Positions 24,065 through 32,000 of a DNA stretch of 32,000 bases are shown in pieces. The stretch is from positions 2,730,001 through 2,762,000 of the forward strand of contig NC_011979.1 of the NCBI RefSeq assembly GCF_000022265.1. Reading direction: 5' to 3'. The notes beneath the pieces were generated by a model that was not told the DNA's origin, did no database searches, and saw nothing but the letters and a program-made list of their open reading frames with translations. Position 1 is the stretch's first letter, and every line of letters begins with the position of its first letter. This stretch comes from Geotalea daltonii FRC-32. GTDB taxonomy: Bacteria > Desulfobacterota > Desulfuromonadia > Geobacterales > Geobacteraceae. Made by a program: the position numbers and the translations under genes.

Positions 24065-26263
24065 ATGGAACCCATTTATCTTGATTACAACGCCACCACC
24101 CCAGTGGACCCATTGGTGGTCGAGGAACTGCTCCCATACCTTCGTGAGGGGTTCGGCAACCCCTCCAGCAGCCACCCCTATGGCAAAAAGGCGAAGGAGG
24201 GGGTCGAGACGGCCAGGAAACGAGTTGCCGGGCTTCTGGACTGCGATCCCGCTGAAATTGTCTTCACCAGCGGCGGCACCGAGGCCAACAATCAGGCATT
24301 GATCGGCACCGCCATGGCCAACCGGGAAAAGGGCAATCACATCATCACCACTGCCATCGAACATCCGGCAGTTCTCAATCCCTTACACTGGCTGGAAGGG
24401 CAGGGTTTCGCCGTTACCTATCTGCCGGTGGACGGTTACGGCCAGGTTGATCCGCAAATGATACGCCAGGCCATCACCGACAAGACCATCCTCATCAGCG
24501 TCATGCACGCCAACAATGAAGTGGGCACCATTCAGCCCCTGGCGGAAATAGGCGCCATTGCCCGGGAACATGGCATTCTTTTCCACACGGATGCGGCCCA
24601 GTCGGTGGGAAAGATACCCACCAGGGTGGACGAGCTGCGGGTGGATCTCCTTTCCATTGCCGGTCACAAGCTCTACGCGCCGAAAGGAATCGGGGCGCTG
24701 TATGTGAGGCGGGGGGTGAAGATCGATTCCTATCTTCATGGAGCCGGGCATGAAGGTGGTCGCCGCGCCGGTACCGAAAATGTTCCGTACATGGCTGCCC
24801 TGGGCAAAGCTGCGGAACTGGCTGCCGAGCACCTGGCAACCGAGAGCGAACATGTCCTTTCCTTGCGTGAGCGGTTCCATGACCGGCTCAAAGAGCTGGT
24901 GGGCGATGTACTTCTCAACGGGCACCCCACCTCCCGCCTTCCCAATACCCTCAATGTAAGCTTTGCCGGGGTCAACGGCGCCGATCTTCTGGCCCGTACC
25001 CCCGAGATTGCCGCTTCCACCGGTTCCGCCTGCCATGACGGCAGCTGCGAACTGTCCGGGGTGCTCAAGGCCATGGGCCTTTCGCCGGAACAGGGATTCG
25101 GCGCTGTCCGCTTCAGTCTGGGACGTCTCACTACTGTCGAAGAACTGGACCGGGCGGCGGAGATAGTTGCCGCGAGGGTAAAGGAACTGCGGGGCATTCG
25201 CGGCGGAGTCTCCCACAACCATGTCCAGACCGGCCTTTCAGCCCTTGCCTCCTGCGCCGGCTGAGCGGCCAAACTCAGTCCCCAGGACCTGGCTCACGTG
25301 CTGAGTCAGCTACCCAGCAGCACCGATCCCAATGTGCTTATCGGCACCAAAACCGCCGATGATGCCGCCGTTTATCGGCTGAGCGACACCCTGGCCATTG
25401 TTGAAACGGTCGATTACTTTACGCCGGTGGTGGACGATCCCTACACCTTCGGCCAGATCACTGCCGCCAACTCCCTGTCCGACATCTACGCCATGGGGGC
25501 AACGCCGCTCTTTGCCCTCAATATCGCCGGTTTTCCGTCTGATACGCTGCCTTTGGATGTACTGGCGAAGATCCTTAAAGGGGGGGCGGACAAAGCAGCT
25601 GAGGCCGGCATCAGCATCATCGGTGGCCACACCATCAAGGATGCGGAGCCAAAGTACGGTATGGCGGTTACCGGCGTGATCCACCCGGACAAGGTCATCA
25701 GCAATGCCGGCGCCAGACCGGGGGATCGCCTGATCCTCACCAAACCCCTCGGCATCGGCATCATTACCACCGCCATGAAACAGGGCAAGGTTTCGGAGAA
25801 AACGATCAGAGCGGCGACAGAGGTAATGGCCACCCTCAACAAGGGGGCGGCAGAGGCTATGGCAACTGTTGATGCCCATGCCTGCACCGATGTTACCGGC
25901 TTCGGCTTCCTTGGGCATCTTTCGGAAATGGTACGGGGAAGCGGCGTTGGCGCCGTGATCAACCTGGCACAAGTGCCGGTGCTGGAGGAGACCTGGTCCC
26001 TGGTGCGGCAGGGACTTGTACCAGGGGGTAGCAGACGTAATCTGGAATTTCTTCGGGAGCGGCTGTTGCCGGGAGCGGGGGTAAGTGAAGAAGCCCTGCT
26101 GGTGCTGGCCGATGCCCAGACTTCGGGCGGGTTGCTCATCGCCGTAGCCGCTGCCGATGCCGAGCGGCTGAAGGAAGAGCTGGCAAGGCGTAATGTGCCG
26201 GTGGTGGCGGAAATCGGTGAGATAACTGATGACCCGGACAGCCGGATCAGGATCGAAGACTGA
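24065..26263 (+). CDS. selD: Fusion selenoprotein: NifS-like cysteine desulfurase / selenocysteine lyase domain plus selenide,water dikinase (SelD), joined in frame across TGA 25262..25264 (Sec)
   Basis: ORFs 24065..25264 and 25298..26263 share one frame. Across the junction the sequence reads ...LSALASCAG-[TGA]-AAKLSPQDLAHVLSQLP..., which is the SelD N-terminal (C/U)-loop context. The NifS part has HKLYAPKGIG and STGSAC. The SelD part has GTKTADDAAVYRL and DYFTPVVDDPYTFGQI. Confidence 0.8.
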
Positions 26264-26273
26264 AATACTCTGG

Positions 26274-26345
26274 TTAGCCACGAATGACGCGAATTTACAC
26301 GAATTTTTTTGAACCAGATCTATTTGCTGCGAGATTCGTGGCTAA
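26274..26345. repeat. 12-bp perfect inverted repeat enclosing CGAAT direct repeats, between selD and the methyltransferase gene
   Basis: TTAGCCACGAAT (26274..26285) and ATTCGTGGCTAA (26334..26345). CGAAT also occurs at 26290..26294 and 26300..26304. Confidence 0.5.
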
Positions 26346-26372
26346 AGGCTCTTGCCAGATGAAGGGTTGGCT

Positions 26373-27155
26373 ATGGATTATGAATTGATAAAAGCTTCCG
26401 TTCAACAACAGTTCAACCGGGTGGCCCATCATTATCTGAATGACAGCCCCATGGCCGAGGCCGGGCTGCTTGACCTGATCATCCAGGCTGCAGAGCCGCG
26501 TTCGGATAATCTTTCCCTTGATATTGCCTGTGGTGCCGGCTTGCTCGCCTGCCGGTTCGCCCCCTTGGTTTCAAAGGCGACCGGTGTCGATCTGAGCCGG
26601 TCAATGCTGGCCGAGGCGGAAAAGGAGGCCCAGCGCCAGGGCCTTGCCAACACCGCCTTCGATCAGGCCGACAGCGAATCTTTGCCCTTTCTCGATAATA
26701 CGTTCCACATTGTTACCTGCAAGCTGGCCCTGCACTATTTTCCCAACCCCCATCGTGCCATCCATGAAATGAAGCGGGTTGCGAGACCAGGCGGACGCAT
26801 CATCCTTGTTGACCGGGTTGCCGCCGAAGACCCCGAGGCACGGGAATATCACAACCGCATCGAAAAGCTGCGGACCCCAAGCAAGGTGAAGGTCTATGCC
26901 CCATCGGAGATTCAATCGCTCCTCGAAGGGGAGGGGCTGGCGGTGCGAGCCGTCCGCCAGTACGAGCAGTATCAGGATGTGGACCAATGGCTGGAGACGA
27001 CCGGGGCACCCCCAGTCAATCAAAAGCTGGCCCGGGATCTGATCGGGCAATCCATCGAAGGCGACGCTGCAGGCCTGAAGCTTTTCCGGCAAAGCGGCCG
27101 CCTGATGATGACCCACAGCACCGCTGTTTTCATCGCCGAGCGGTCCAGCCCATAG
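26373..27155 (+). CDS. Class I SAM-dependent methyltransferase (Methyltransf_11 / UbiE-like)
   Basis: LDIACGAGLLA...GVDLSRSMLAEA...FHIVTCKLALHYFPNPHRAIHEMKRVARPGGRIILVD. Confidence 0.8.
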   Translation: MDYELIKASVQQQFNRVAHHYLNDSPMAEAGLLDLIIQAAEPRSDNLSLDIACGAGLLACRFAPLVSKATGVDLSRSMLAEAEKEAQRQGLANTAFDQADSESLPFLDNTFHIVTCKLALHYFPNPHRAIHEMKRVARPGGRIILVDRVAAEDPEAREYHNRIEKLRTPSKVKVYAPSEIQSLLEGEGLAVRAVRQYEQYQDVDQWLETTGAPPVNQKLARDLIGQSIEGDAAGLKLFRQSGRLMMTHSTAVFIAERSSP

Positions 27156-27194
27156 GGCCGCGCGACTGGAACTCCCCTGGTCTTCTGCGGCACA

Positions 27195-27320
27195 TCACTT
27201 GGCCGCATACTCCATTCCCCAATCGCACATCAGCTCCAGAATGGGGTAGATGCTCCGCCCCTTTTCCGTCAGCGAGTACTCCACCTTTGGGGGCACCTCG
27301 CGGATAGACCACCGATGCAC
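27195..27320 (-). pseudogene. C-terminal remnant of an HxlR-family regulator
   Basis: Minus-strand translation is ..[39 protein letters not shown]. An in-frame TAG lies just upstream and the N-terminal two thirds are missing. Confidence 0.5.
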
Positions 27321-27502
27321 GTTCGGCTACAGCTGCGCAATGTCAATTATGTTCAGTTCTTTCTGAAGCTACTCTATTTGCGATTCTTCAAGTCTCTCGT
27401 GTTGCTATGGAGAAAAAGCGTTGCCCTTTAATGGATGAGGGAGTAATTAATAAGAACTTAATTGATGTAGAGGTTGTGATGATGGTCGAATCAAAATGAC
27501 AA

Positions 27503-27536
27503 AGCCGCTTCCATGAGACCAGGGAGCGGCTTTTTT
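27503..27536 (+). terminator. Rho-independent terminator in an AT-rich spacer
   Basis: AGCCGCUUCC-augagacca-GGGAGCGGCU followed by UUUUUU. Only a 30-codon ORF (27407..27499) precedes it. Confidence 0.55.
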
Positions 27537-27578
27537 CTGTTCAGGAGGAACGATGGCGGCAAATCTCAAGGAGTAATA

Positions 27579-27692
27579 GGGGACGTTGTTTGTTTGTCGA
27601 TTTGTACTTACTAACTAGCTGAAATTATGTCTATGAAGTCAACTGCATCTCGATGCGAAAAATATGTTAGCAAACCAGCAAACAACGTCCCC
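27579..27692. repeat. 14-bp perfect inverted repeat flanking 86 bp (MITE-like element or structured RNA)
   Basis: GGGGACGTTGTTTG (27579..27592) and CAAACAACGTCCCC (27679..27692). Confidence 0.5.
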
Positions 27693-27793
27693 GTCCCCTT
27701 TCCCTGCCTATCGGTTCTCATAGGGCGGTGTCCAACGGTGTGGTTGGGACGCTTTTCAAAATGTTCTACTTTCAAGGCTTATACCATCAGCTT

Positions 27794-28705
27794 CTACTGG
27801 TAATTAACCGACAGGAAACGCCGTCTGATTGCCTTTTGATGCGGATGATCATGATAGCCCAAAATCAGGACCAACGCCGGAGTATGATCCTCGGGGATGT
27901 GATATTTCTTTTTCAGCGTCTTGCTGCGAGCCAAAATTGGCGCAGAACAGCCGATGATGCATGTGCCTAGACCGGCGCTCTCAGCTGCCAGCATGGCGTA
28001 GGTACAGGCGATGACAGCATCGGCGCTGTCGCTATACGGCGACACATGGAATAAAAGTGCCGCCGGCGCGTTGTAAAGCACGTAATCCTTTCCCATACGC
28101 TCTCCATCGACGATCACTTTGCCGAGTGGCAGAATAAAACCGTCGAAACGGTCAAAGGTCACTCTCTTCAGGAATATTCGGCACAGCCCGCGAACAAAGG
28201 GATTACCCATCACCTTGAGCATACCTGCATAACCATTTGCAGTATCTCGGGAAAGTTCAGCCACCTTGGAGTGCCCCAGGATAGCGGTTATCCCGACTTC
28301 GGAAGGCGGTATCCCCATAGGAGCACTTGCCGCCGCCAATATAATACTGTCGAGCATCTCCCGCGACACCTCTTCGTCGGTAAAATTGCGGTTGCTGCGC
28401 CGCGCAAGCATTAATGCGGTCAACTGTTTCCTGTTGGCTCGCTGTTCGGGCGGCGGCAGTTCTACAATATCTTCAGGAGTAATATTTCGTCCTGTTACAG
28501 CAATACTGCCGTTCGGGCAGACCATCATGCACTGGCCACATGCAATGCAGCCGAAGTGTATGTTGTTATCGATCTTTATGTTCTCGTCTTTCAATTGCAG
28601 CACTCCAACCGGGCAGATAGCTGCGCACTTGCCACAATGCAGGCAGCGTTCAGTTTCGACAACCGGAGTACCAGGTGCTGTTCCGAAACTGGATATGATT
28701 CCCAT
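27794..28705 (-). CDS. Nitroreductase-family protein with an N-terminal 2x[4Fe-4S] ferredoxin domain
   Basis: CLHCGKCAAICP and CIACGQCMMVCP, then ...LMLARRSNRNFTDEEV...AAASAPMGIPPS...AMLAAESAGLGTC. Confidence 0.8.
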   Translation of the reverse strand: MGIISSFGTAPGTPVVETERCLHCGKCAAICPVGVLQLKDENIKIDNNIHFGCIACGQCMMVCPNGSIAVTGRNITPEDIVELPPPEQRANRKQLTALMLARRSNRNFTDEEVSREMLDSIILAAASAPMGIPPSEVGITAILGHSKVAELSRDTANGYAGMLKVMGNPFVRGLCRIFLKRVTFDRFDGFILPLGKVIVDGERMGKDYVLYNAPAALLFHVSPYSDSADAVIACTYAMLAAESAGLGTCIIGCSAPILARSKTLKKKYHIPEDHTPALVLILGYHDHPHQKAIRRRFLSVNYQ

Positions 28706-28921
28706 GGTGAATTCCTTAACGTGTAATAGCGCAGCGGCGGAGCGAAGCGGTTATTGTTTTGTCGTTAACGTCGTGAAGGTCGCACCAGCGCGTCAGCGCC
28801 TGTGTGCGGCTCTTCTACCGTATTGACCATTTCCCCGAGATGGTCATCTACGGCTTTCTCCGACAGAAGGTGCATCCAATCGTGCACCAATCCGAAAATG
28901 TCAGCCATCGTCTCTGCCACA

Positions 28922-28965
28922 ATCACTACACCAAAAATGTGTGCAACTCAATTGGAAAATTAAAA
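28922..28965. repeat. 44-nt repeat, copy A (39/44 identical to 30075..30118); upstream region of the minus-strand nitroreductase unit
   Basis: ATCACTACACCAAAAATGTGTGCAACTCAATTGGAAAATTAAAA. Confidence 0.6.
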
Positions 28966-28999
28966 CCAGAGCGGTATGGGGTGAGAGGCAAGAGGTGGG

Positions 29000-29032
29000 A
29001 ATAAAAATGGCCGGGCATTGCTGCCCAGCCAT
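29000..29032 (-). terminator. Rho-independent terminator of the DUF2461 gene
   Basis: Minus strand reads AUGGCUGGGC-agcaau-GCCCGGCCAU followed by UUUUAUU. Confidence 0.6.
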
Positions 29033-29130
29033 GAAAAGCGTGGATTGAAATGGAGGTTGTCACCGGCCCGGATTTTCTCCCAGCGCCGCCAGGTACCCCT
29101 TGACCTTACTCTGACACTTATACTTACTCT

Positions 29131-29811
29131 TTATGCTGCCACTCTGCACAAAAAGTCATAGAAAGGAGCAATTGTCTTGAAGCCAAGTATTAATTCTGAA
29201 ATCAGCTCTTTTTCTATGCTGTTGCCTTCTATTTGCTTATTGCTGACGAGATAAATATTTTTTCTGTTGTACCAATCCTGTAGCTTTTCAGGTAGGTCTG
29301 TTTTAAAAGGGCGCTTGTATACTTCGCCTTCAATAGTGAAAACACCTTGCTTTGAGAAAAACTCTGTTGCGGAAAGGAATTTTGCAGGATTTACATCAAG
29401 ATCTTTTCTGAACCTGTCCATGGTCACACGGCTGGCGCTGTAAAAGCCCATTCCATAACGATATGAATATGGTGATATTTCGAAGAAATACGCAGGGTAA
29501 TCCTGCCAGCTAATTCCCGGACGCTTGAAGGTAATCCAGTGGCTTGTTTTGTATGGGGATTTGTCTTTTGAGAATCTGGTATCTCGGTAGATTCTCGATA
29601 TGGTTCTGTTTATTACGGGTGTTACTTCAAAATCTGGATCAATGCTCAGCATCAACGGGCCTAATCCGGCTGCCAATGCTTGCAATGGTTGTAGAACATG
29701 ATCATGGTAATCCGGTTTATGAAGTAAGAACCACTCTTTGTGGTTGTTATTGGGAAGGTTTCTTAAGAAATGAAATGTGGCCGGAGAAAACCCGTTGAAT
29801 TTTTCTGTCAT
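29131..29811 (-). CDS. DUF2461 (TIGR02453)-family protein
   Basis: ...FLRNLPNNNHKEWFLLHKPDY...RIYRDTRFSKDKSPYKTSHW...YFFEISP...GMGFY is the pattern I associate with this family. Confidence 0.65.
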   Translation of the reverse strand: MTEKFNGFSPATFHFLRNLPNNNHKEWFLLHKPDYHDHVLQPLQALAAGLGPLMLSIDPDFEVTPVINRTISRIYRDTRFSKDKSPYKTSHWITFKRPGISWQDYPAYFFEISPYSYRYGMGFYSASRVTMDRFRKDLDVNPAKFLSATEFFSKQGVFTIEGEVYKRPFKTDLPEKLQDWYNRKNIYLVSNKQIEGNSIEKELISELILGFKTIAPFYDFLCRVAA

Positions 29812-30035
29812 TTTACATTCCTTGTAATGTCTATGCGTTGCAAGTGGGCGGCGGGTATGGAGAGAATTGAGGCCTCTCTGCCTTCTCGCCGTTCTCTTTC
29901 TGTTGGAGTTATTGCCACCATATCCCTGTGAAAAAAATTAGAAAGATTTGTCGCGTCGCCTTTTGTCCAGTGTGCATGAGAAGCATCTCCGTGCCACAGC
30001 CAACTTCGACACAGGTGTTGGCCCGCCAGGAACAT
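29808..30035 (-). CDS. Hypothetical 75-aa ORF, possibly a truncated SnoaL/DUF4440-like protein; ATGA overlap with the DUF2461 start
   Basis: ...HAHWTKGDATNLSNFFHRDMVAITPTERERREGREA... The stop overlaps the downstream ATG, which suggests translational coupling. Confidence 0.3.
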   Translation of the reverse strand: MFLAGQHLCRSWLWHGDASHAHWTKGDATNLSNFFHRDMVAITPTERERREGREASILSIPAAHLQRIDITRNVK

Positions 30036-30074
30036 GGGCTGACCGGCCTCAAGGTGATTTCATTAACTTATACC

Positions 30075-30118
30075 ATCACTACACCAAAAATATGGTCAAC
30101 TCAATGGGAAAATTAGAA
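30075..30118. repeat. 44-nt repeat, copy B
   Basis: ATCACTACACCAAAAATATGGTCAACTCAATGGGAAAATTAGAA lies 40 nt upstream of the 75-aa ORF on the minus strand. Confidence 0.6.
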
Positions 30119-30470
30119 TGCAACTGAGTGGGCGGCAACAAGCGGACGGGGATTACTGCTGCGGGGCTATTGCTTCAGTTCAATGGCTTCCATCTCCGGA
30201 CAACACAGGATGAGCTCTATCGCTTTACTGTGGCCAAGGCTGCTGGTAAGGCTGGTGCCAAGGAAGCGGAAGACTGGTTACGCTCTGGCGCTCATTTTCG
30301 AAATATCTGCTCTTGTCCTTGAAATGCCCCGCCTAATTATCTGATGATAAAGGGTGCACATCAGGGTATAATTCCGCCATGAAGAATTTCGCTGTCTGTA
30401 ATGTTGGGACACTCTGATAGAAATGGGGTAGGCTGGGGGAGCAGGCAACTTTTTTCTCCAACGACAGGTT

Positions 30471-31532
30471 ATGGCAAAACACATCAAGAGATCCATCAAG
30501 AGCGGCCTCCCTCCGGGCACCCTCGTCCACATCGGCGCGAAGAGCGACCGGGAAATCAGGATCACCGTCATGGATTACCATGCCGGCGGTTGTGAGGAGA
30601 AGGAGATCAAGGCGCTCAAGGAATGCGTCTACTACTCCGATACCTCTATTGTCAGCTGGATCGATGTGGAGGGGCTCCATGAAGTGGAGATCGTCCGCCA
30701 GGTGGGGGATTGCCAGGGACTCCATCCGCTGGTCCTGGAGGATATCCTCAACACCAATCAGCGGCCCAAGGTGGAGGACTACGGTGACTATCTCTACATC
30801 GTCCTGAAAATGCTGCACAATGGGGACGGAACGGGCATAGTCGCCGAGCAGGTGAGCCTCGTGCTCGGCAGCAATTTCGTCATTTCTTTCCAGGAGGGGA
30901 TGAAAGGGGATGTGTTCAACCCCATCAGGGAGCGTCTCCGCAGCGGCAAGGGCAAAATCAGGGAAATGGGAGCGGATTATCTTGCTTATGCCCTGATGGA
31001 TGCCGTTGTCGATAATTACTTTGTTGTATTGGAGCGGGTAGGTGAGCGGATCGAGGAGCTGGAGGACGCCGTGATGGCTGACCCGCGCCCTGAGACGGTG
31101 CGGGAGATCCACCAGTTGAAGCGTGAAGTGATTCTGCTGCGCAAGGCGGTCTGGCCCCTCCGCGAGGTGATCAGCGCCCTGGAGCGCCGGGAATCGAAGC
31201 TGATCAGCGAGAAGGTGGTCGTCTATCTGCGAGACCTTTACGATCACACCATTCAGGTGATCGACAACATCGAAGCCAGCCGCGACATGCTGGCGGGCAT
31301 GCTCGATGTCTATCTCTCCAGCATCAGCAACCGCATGAATGAGGTCATGAAGTTCCTGACCATCATCGGTACTATCTTCATTCCCCTGACCTTCATCGCC
31401 GGGGTCTACGGCATGAACTTCCAGAACATGCCGGAACTGCACTGGCAGTGGGGCTACTTCGCCTGCCTGTTCCTGATGGCCCTGGTCGCGGTGTTTTTGC
31501 TTATCTATTTCAAGCGAAAGCGATGGTTGTAG
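30471..31532 (+). CDS. corA: CorA magnesium/cobalt transporter
   Basis: YGMNF signature (GVYGMNFQNMPEL), two C-terminal TM segments, and length and architecture typical of CorA. Confidence 0.9.
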   Translation: MAKHIKRSIKSGLPPGTLVHIGAKSDREIRITVMDYHAGGCEEKEIKALKECVYYSDTSIVSWIDVEGLHEVEIVRQVGDCQGLHPLVLEDILNTNQRPKVEDYGDYLYIVLKMLHNGDGTGIVAEQVSLVLGSNFVISFQEGMKGDVFNPIRERLRSGKGKIREMGADYLAYALMDAVVDNYFVVLERVGERIEELEDAVMADPRPETVREIHQLKREVILLRKAVWPLREVISALERRESKLISEKVVVYLRDLYDHTIQVIDNIEASRDMLAGMLDVYLSSISNRMNEVMKFLTIIGTIFIPLTFIAGVYGMNFQNMPELHWQWGYFACLFLMALVAVFLLIYFKRKRWL

Positions 31533-31704
31533 GTTACCTTCTTGCTAGCAGATGCTAGGATAGGGGGAAGCCCGCTTCTTGATGGCTCACATTGATTTGA
31601 CGCGGCTAATAATTGCGGTAAAGTAGTTACTGAATTCTGTTTCACTGATGTAATCCATAAATCCTTCTTAGGAGGGGGCAGAGAGATACGGTCCAACTAT
31701 GATG

Positions 31705-31750
31705 GCCGAGCTGCTGAAGGATAAGTTCCTTTCGGTTGCTCGGCTTTTTT
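31705..31750 (+). terminator. Terminator-like hairpin about 170 nt downstream of corA
   Basis: GCCGAGC-26 nt (partly self-paired)-GCUCGGC followed by UUUUUU. Confidence 0.45.
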
Positions 31751-31815
31751 GTTTTCTATCATAGTAACCTTACAGCAAAGGAACCTCCTTTTTTGGGGTT
31801 GGTTTCTTCGTTGAA

Positions 31816-32000
31816 GTGTCATTCACCCAACCGTTTCCCCTTAACTCGCCCCTGATCGTGACGATTCCCCCACCAAAGGGTGCGTCTGGACCCGCCACAC
31901 CTACCGGGATAGTTTTCAACGGTACCAAGGATTTTGAAGTCGTCCCAGACAAACCGGCCACCTTCATCTTTGTTACCGAAGATGGGACAATCTCGGCCTG
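31816..32000 (+). CDS. Partial ORF running out of the window, resembling TIGR03118-type secreted repeat proteins; 5' end unclear, possibly truncated
   Basis: ...PLIVTIPPPKGASGPATPTGIVFNGTKDFEVVPDKPATFIFVTEDGTISA. The frame is closed by TAA at 31765 with no ATG, so the expected N-terminal part is missing. Confidence 0.3.
   Translation, partial: MSFTQPFPLNSPLIVTIPPPKGASGPATPTGIVFNGTKDFEVVPDKPATFIFVTEDGTISA

Noticed and set aside
24383-26281. Minus-strand ORFs opposite nifS-selD (279 aa, 323 aa, 217 aa)
   Set aside because: They are shadow frames. The plus strand carries unambiguous NifS and SelD motifs.
27407-27499. 30-codon ORF MEKKRCPLMDEGVINKNLIDVEVVMMVESK as a gene
   Set aside because: It has no RBS and no recognisable family. 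It is mentioned only as context for the orphan terminator.
30128-30322. 64-aa GTG-initiated ORF upstream of corA
   Set aside because: It has no RBS and no family resemblance, and it may be a non-coding leader. There is not enough support to call it.
30333-31442. 369-aa minus-strand ORF
   Set aside because: It is antisense to corA, which has the diagnostic YGMNF motif. The ORF is a low-complexity H/D/G/L-rich translation typical of shadow ORFs in GC-rich DNA.

Overview
Densely coding, GC-rich window. From gene content (hgcAB, several UGA-Sec genes, a c-type cytochrome) it looks like a Geobacter/Desulfuromonadota chromosome; this is inference only. No rRNA, tRNA, CRISPR array or transposase was recognised. 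Contents from left to right:
(1) The 3' end of a CusA/CzcA RND pump and a small CxxCH protein.
(2) A minus-strand marR-hgcA-hgcB-ahpD-like module carrying the mercury-methylation genes. hgcA and the AhpD-like gene each contain an in-frame TGA followed by a SECIS-like hairpin. Every product carries vicinal Cys/Sec dyads.
(3) A C_GCAxxG_C_C protein, a small Cys-rich ORF, a TolC-like protein, and metY behind a long leader that contains a terminator.
(4) A NitT/TauT-type ABC operon with four permease genes, one ATPase, no binding protein, and an embedded NifK/NifN-like (nitrogenase component-1 family) gene.
(5) A Cys-rich membrane protein and a Met-rich outer-membrane barrel.
(6) A second operon encoding a NifX/NifB-C-like protein, a URO-D/MtaA-type methyltransferase, a second MetY, and a NifD/E-like plus NifK/N-like pair. 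No NifH is present in the window. It is reminiscent of methylthio-alkane reductase loci but organised differently.
(7) A GNAT, a HAD remnant, a LysE exporter, an ATL protein and a PatB/MalY C-S lyase.
(8) A NifS-like desulfurase/selenocysteine-lyase domain fused in frame to SelD across a TGA (Sec) codon, followed by a SAM methyltransferase.
(9) An AT-richer accessory patch with gene remnants, repeats, a ferredoxin-nitroreductase and a DUF2461 gene.
(10) corA and a partial ORF.
A 15-bp CTAY-N7-ATAG box sits directly after the predicted -10 of the promoters of both nitrogenase-like operons and of nifS-selD. This suggests a single sulfur/selenium-responsive regulon.
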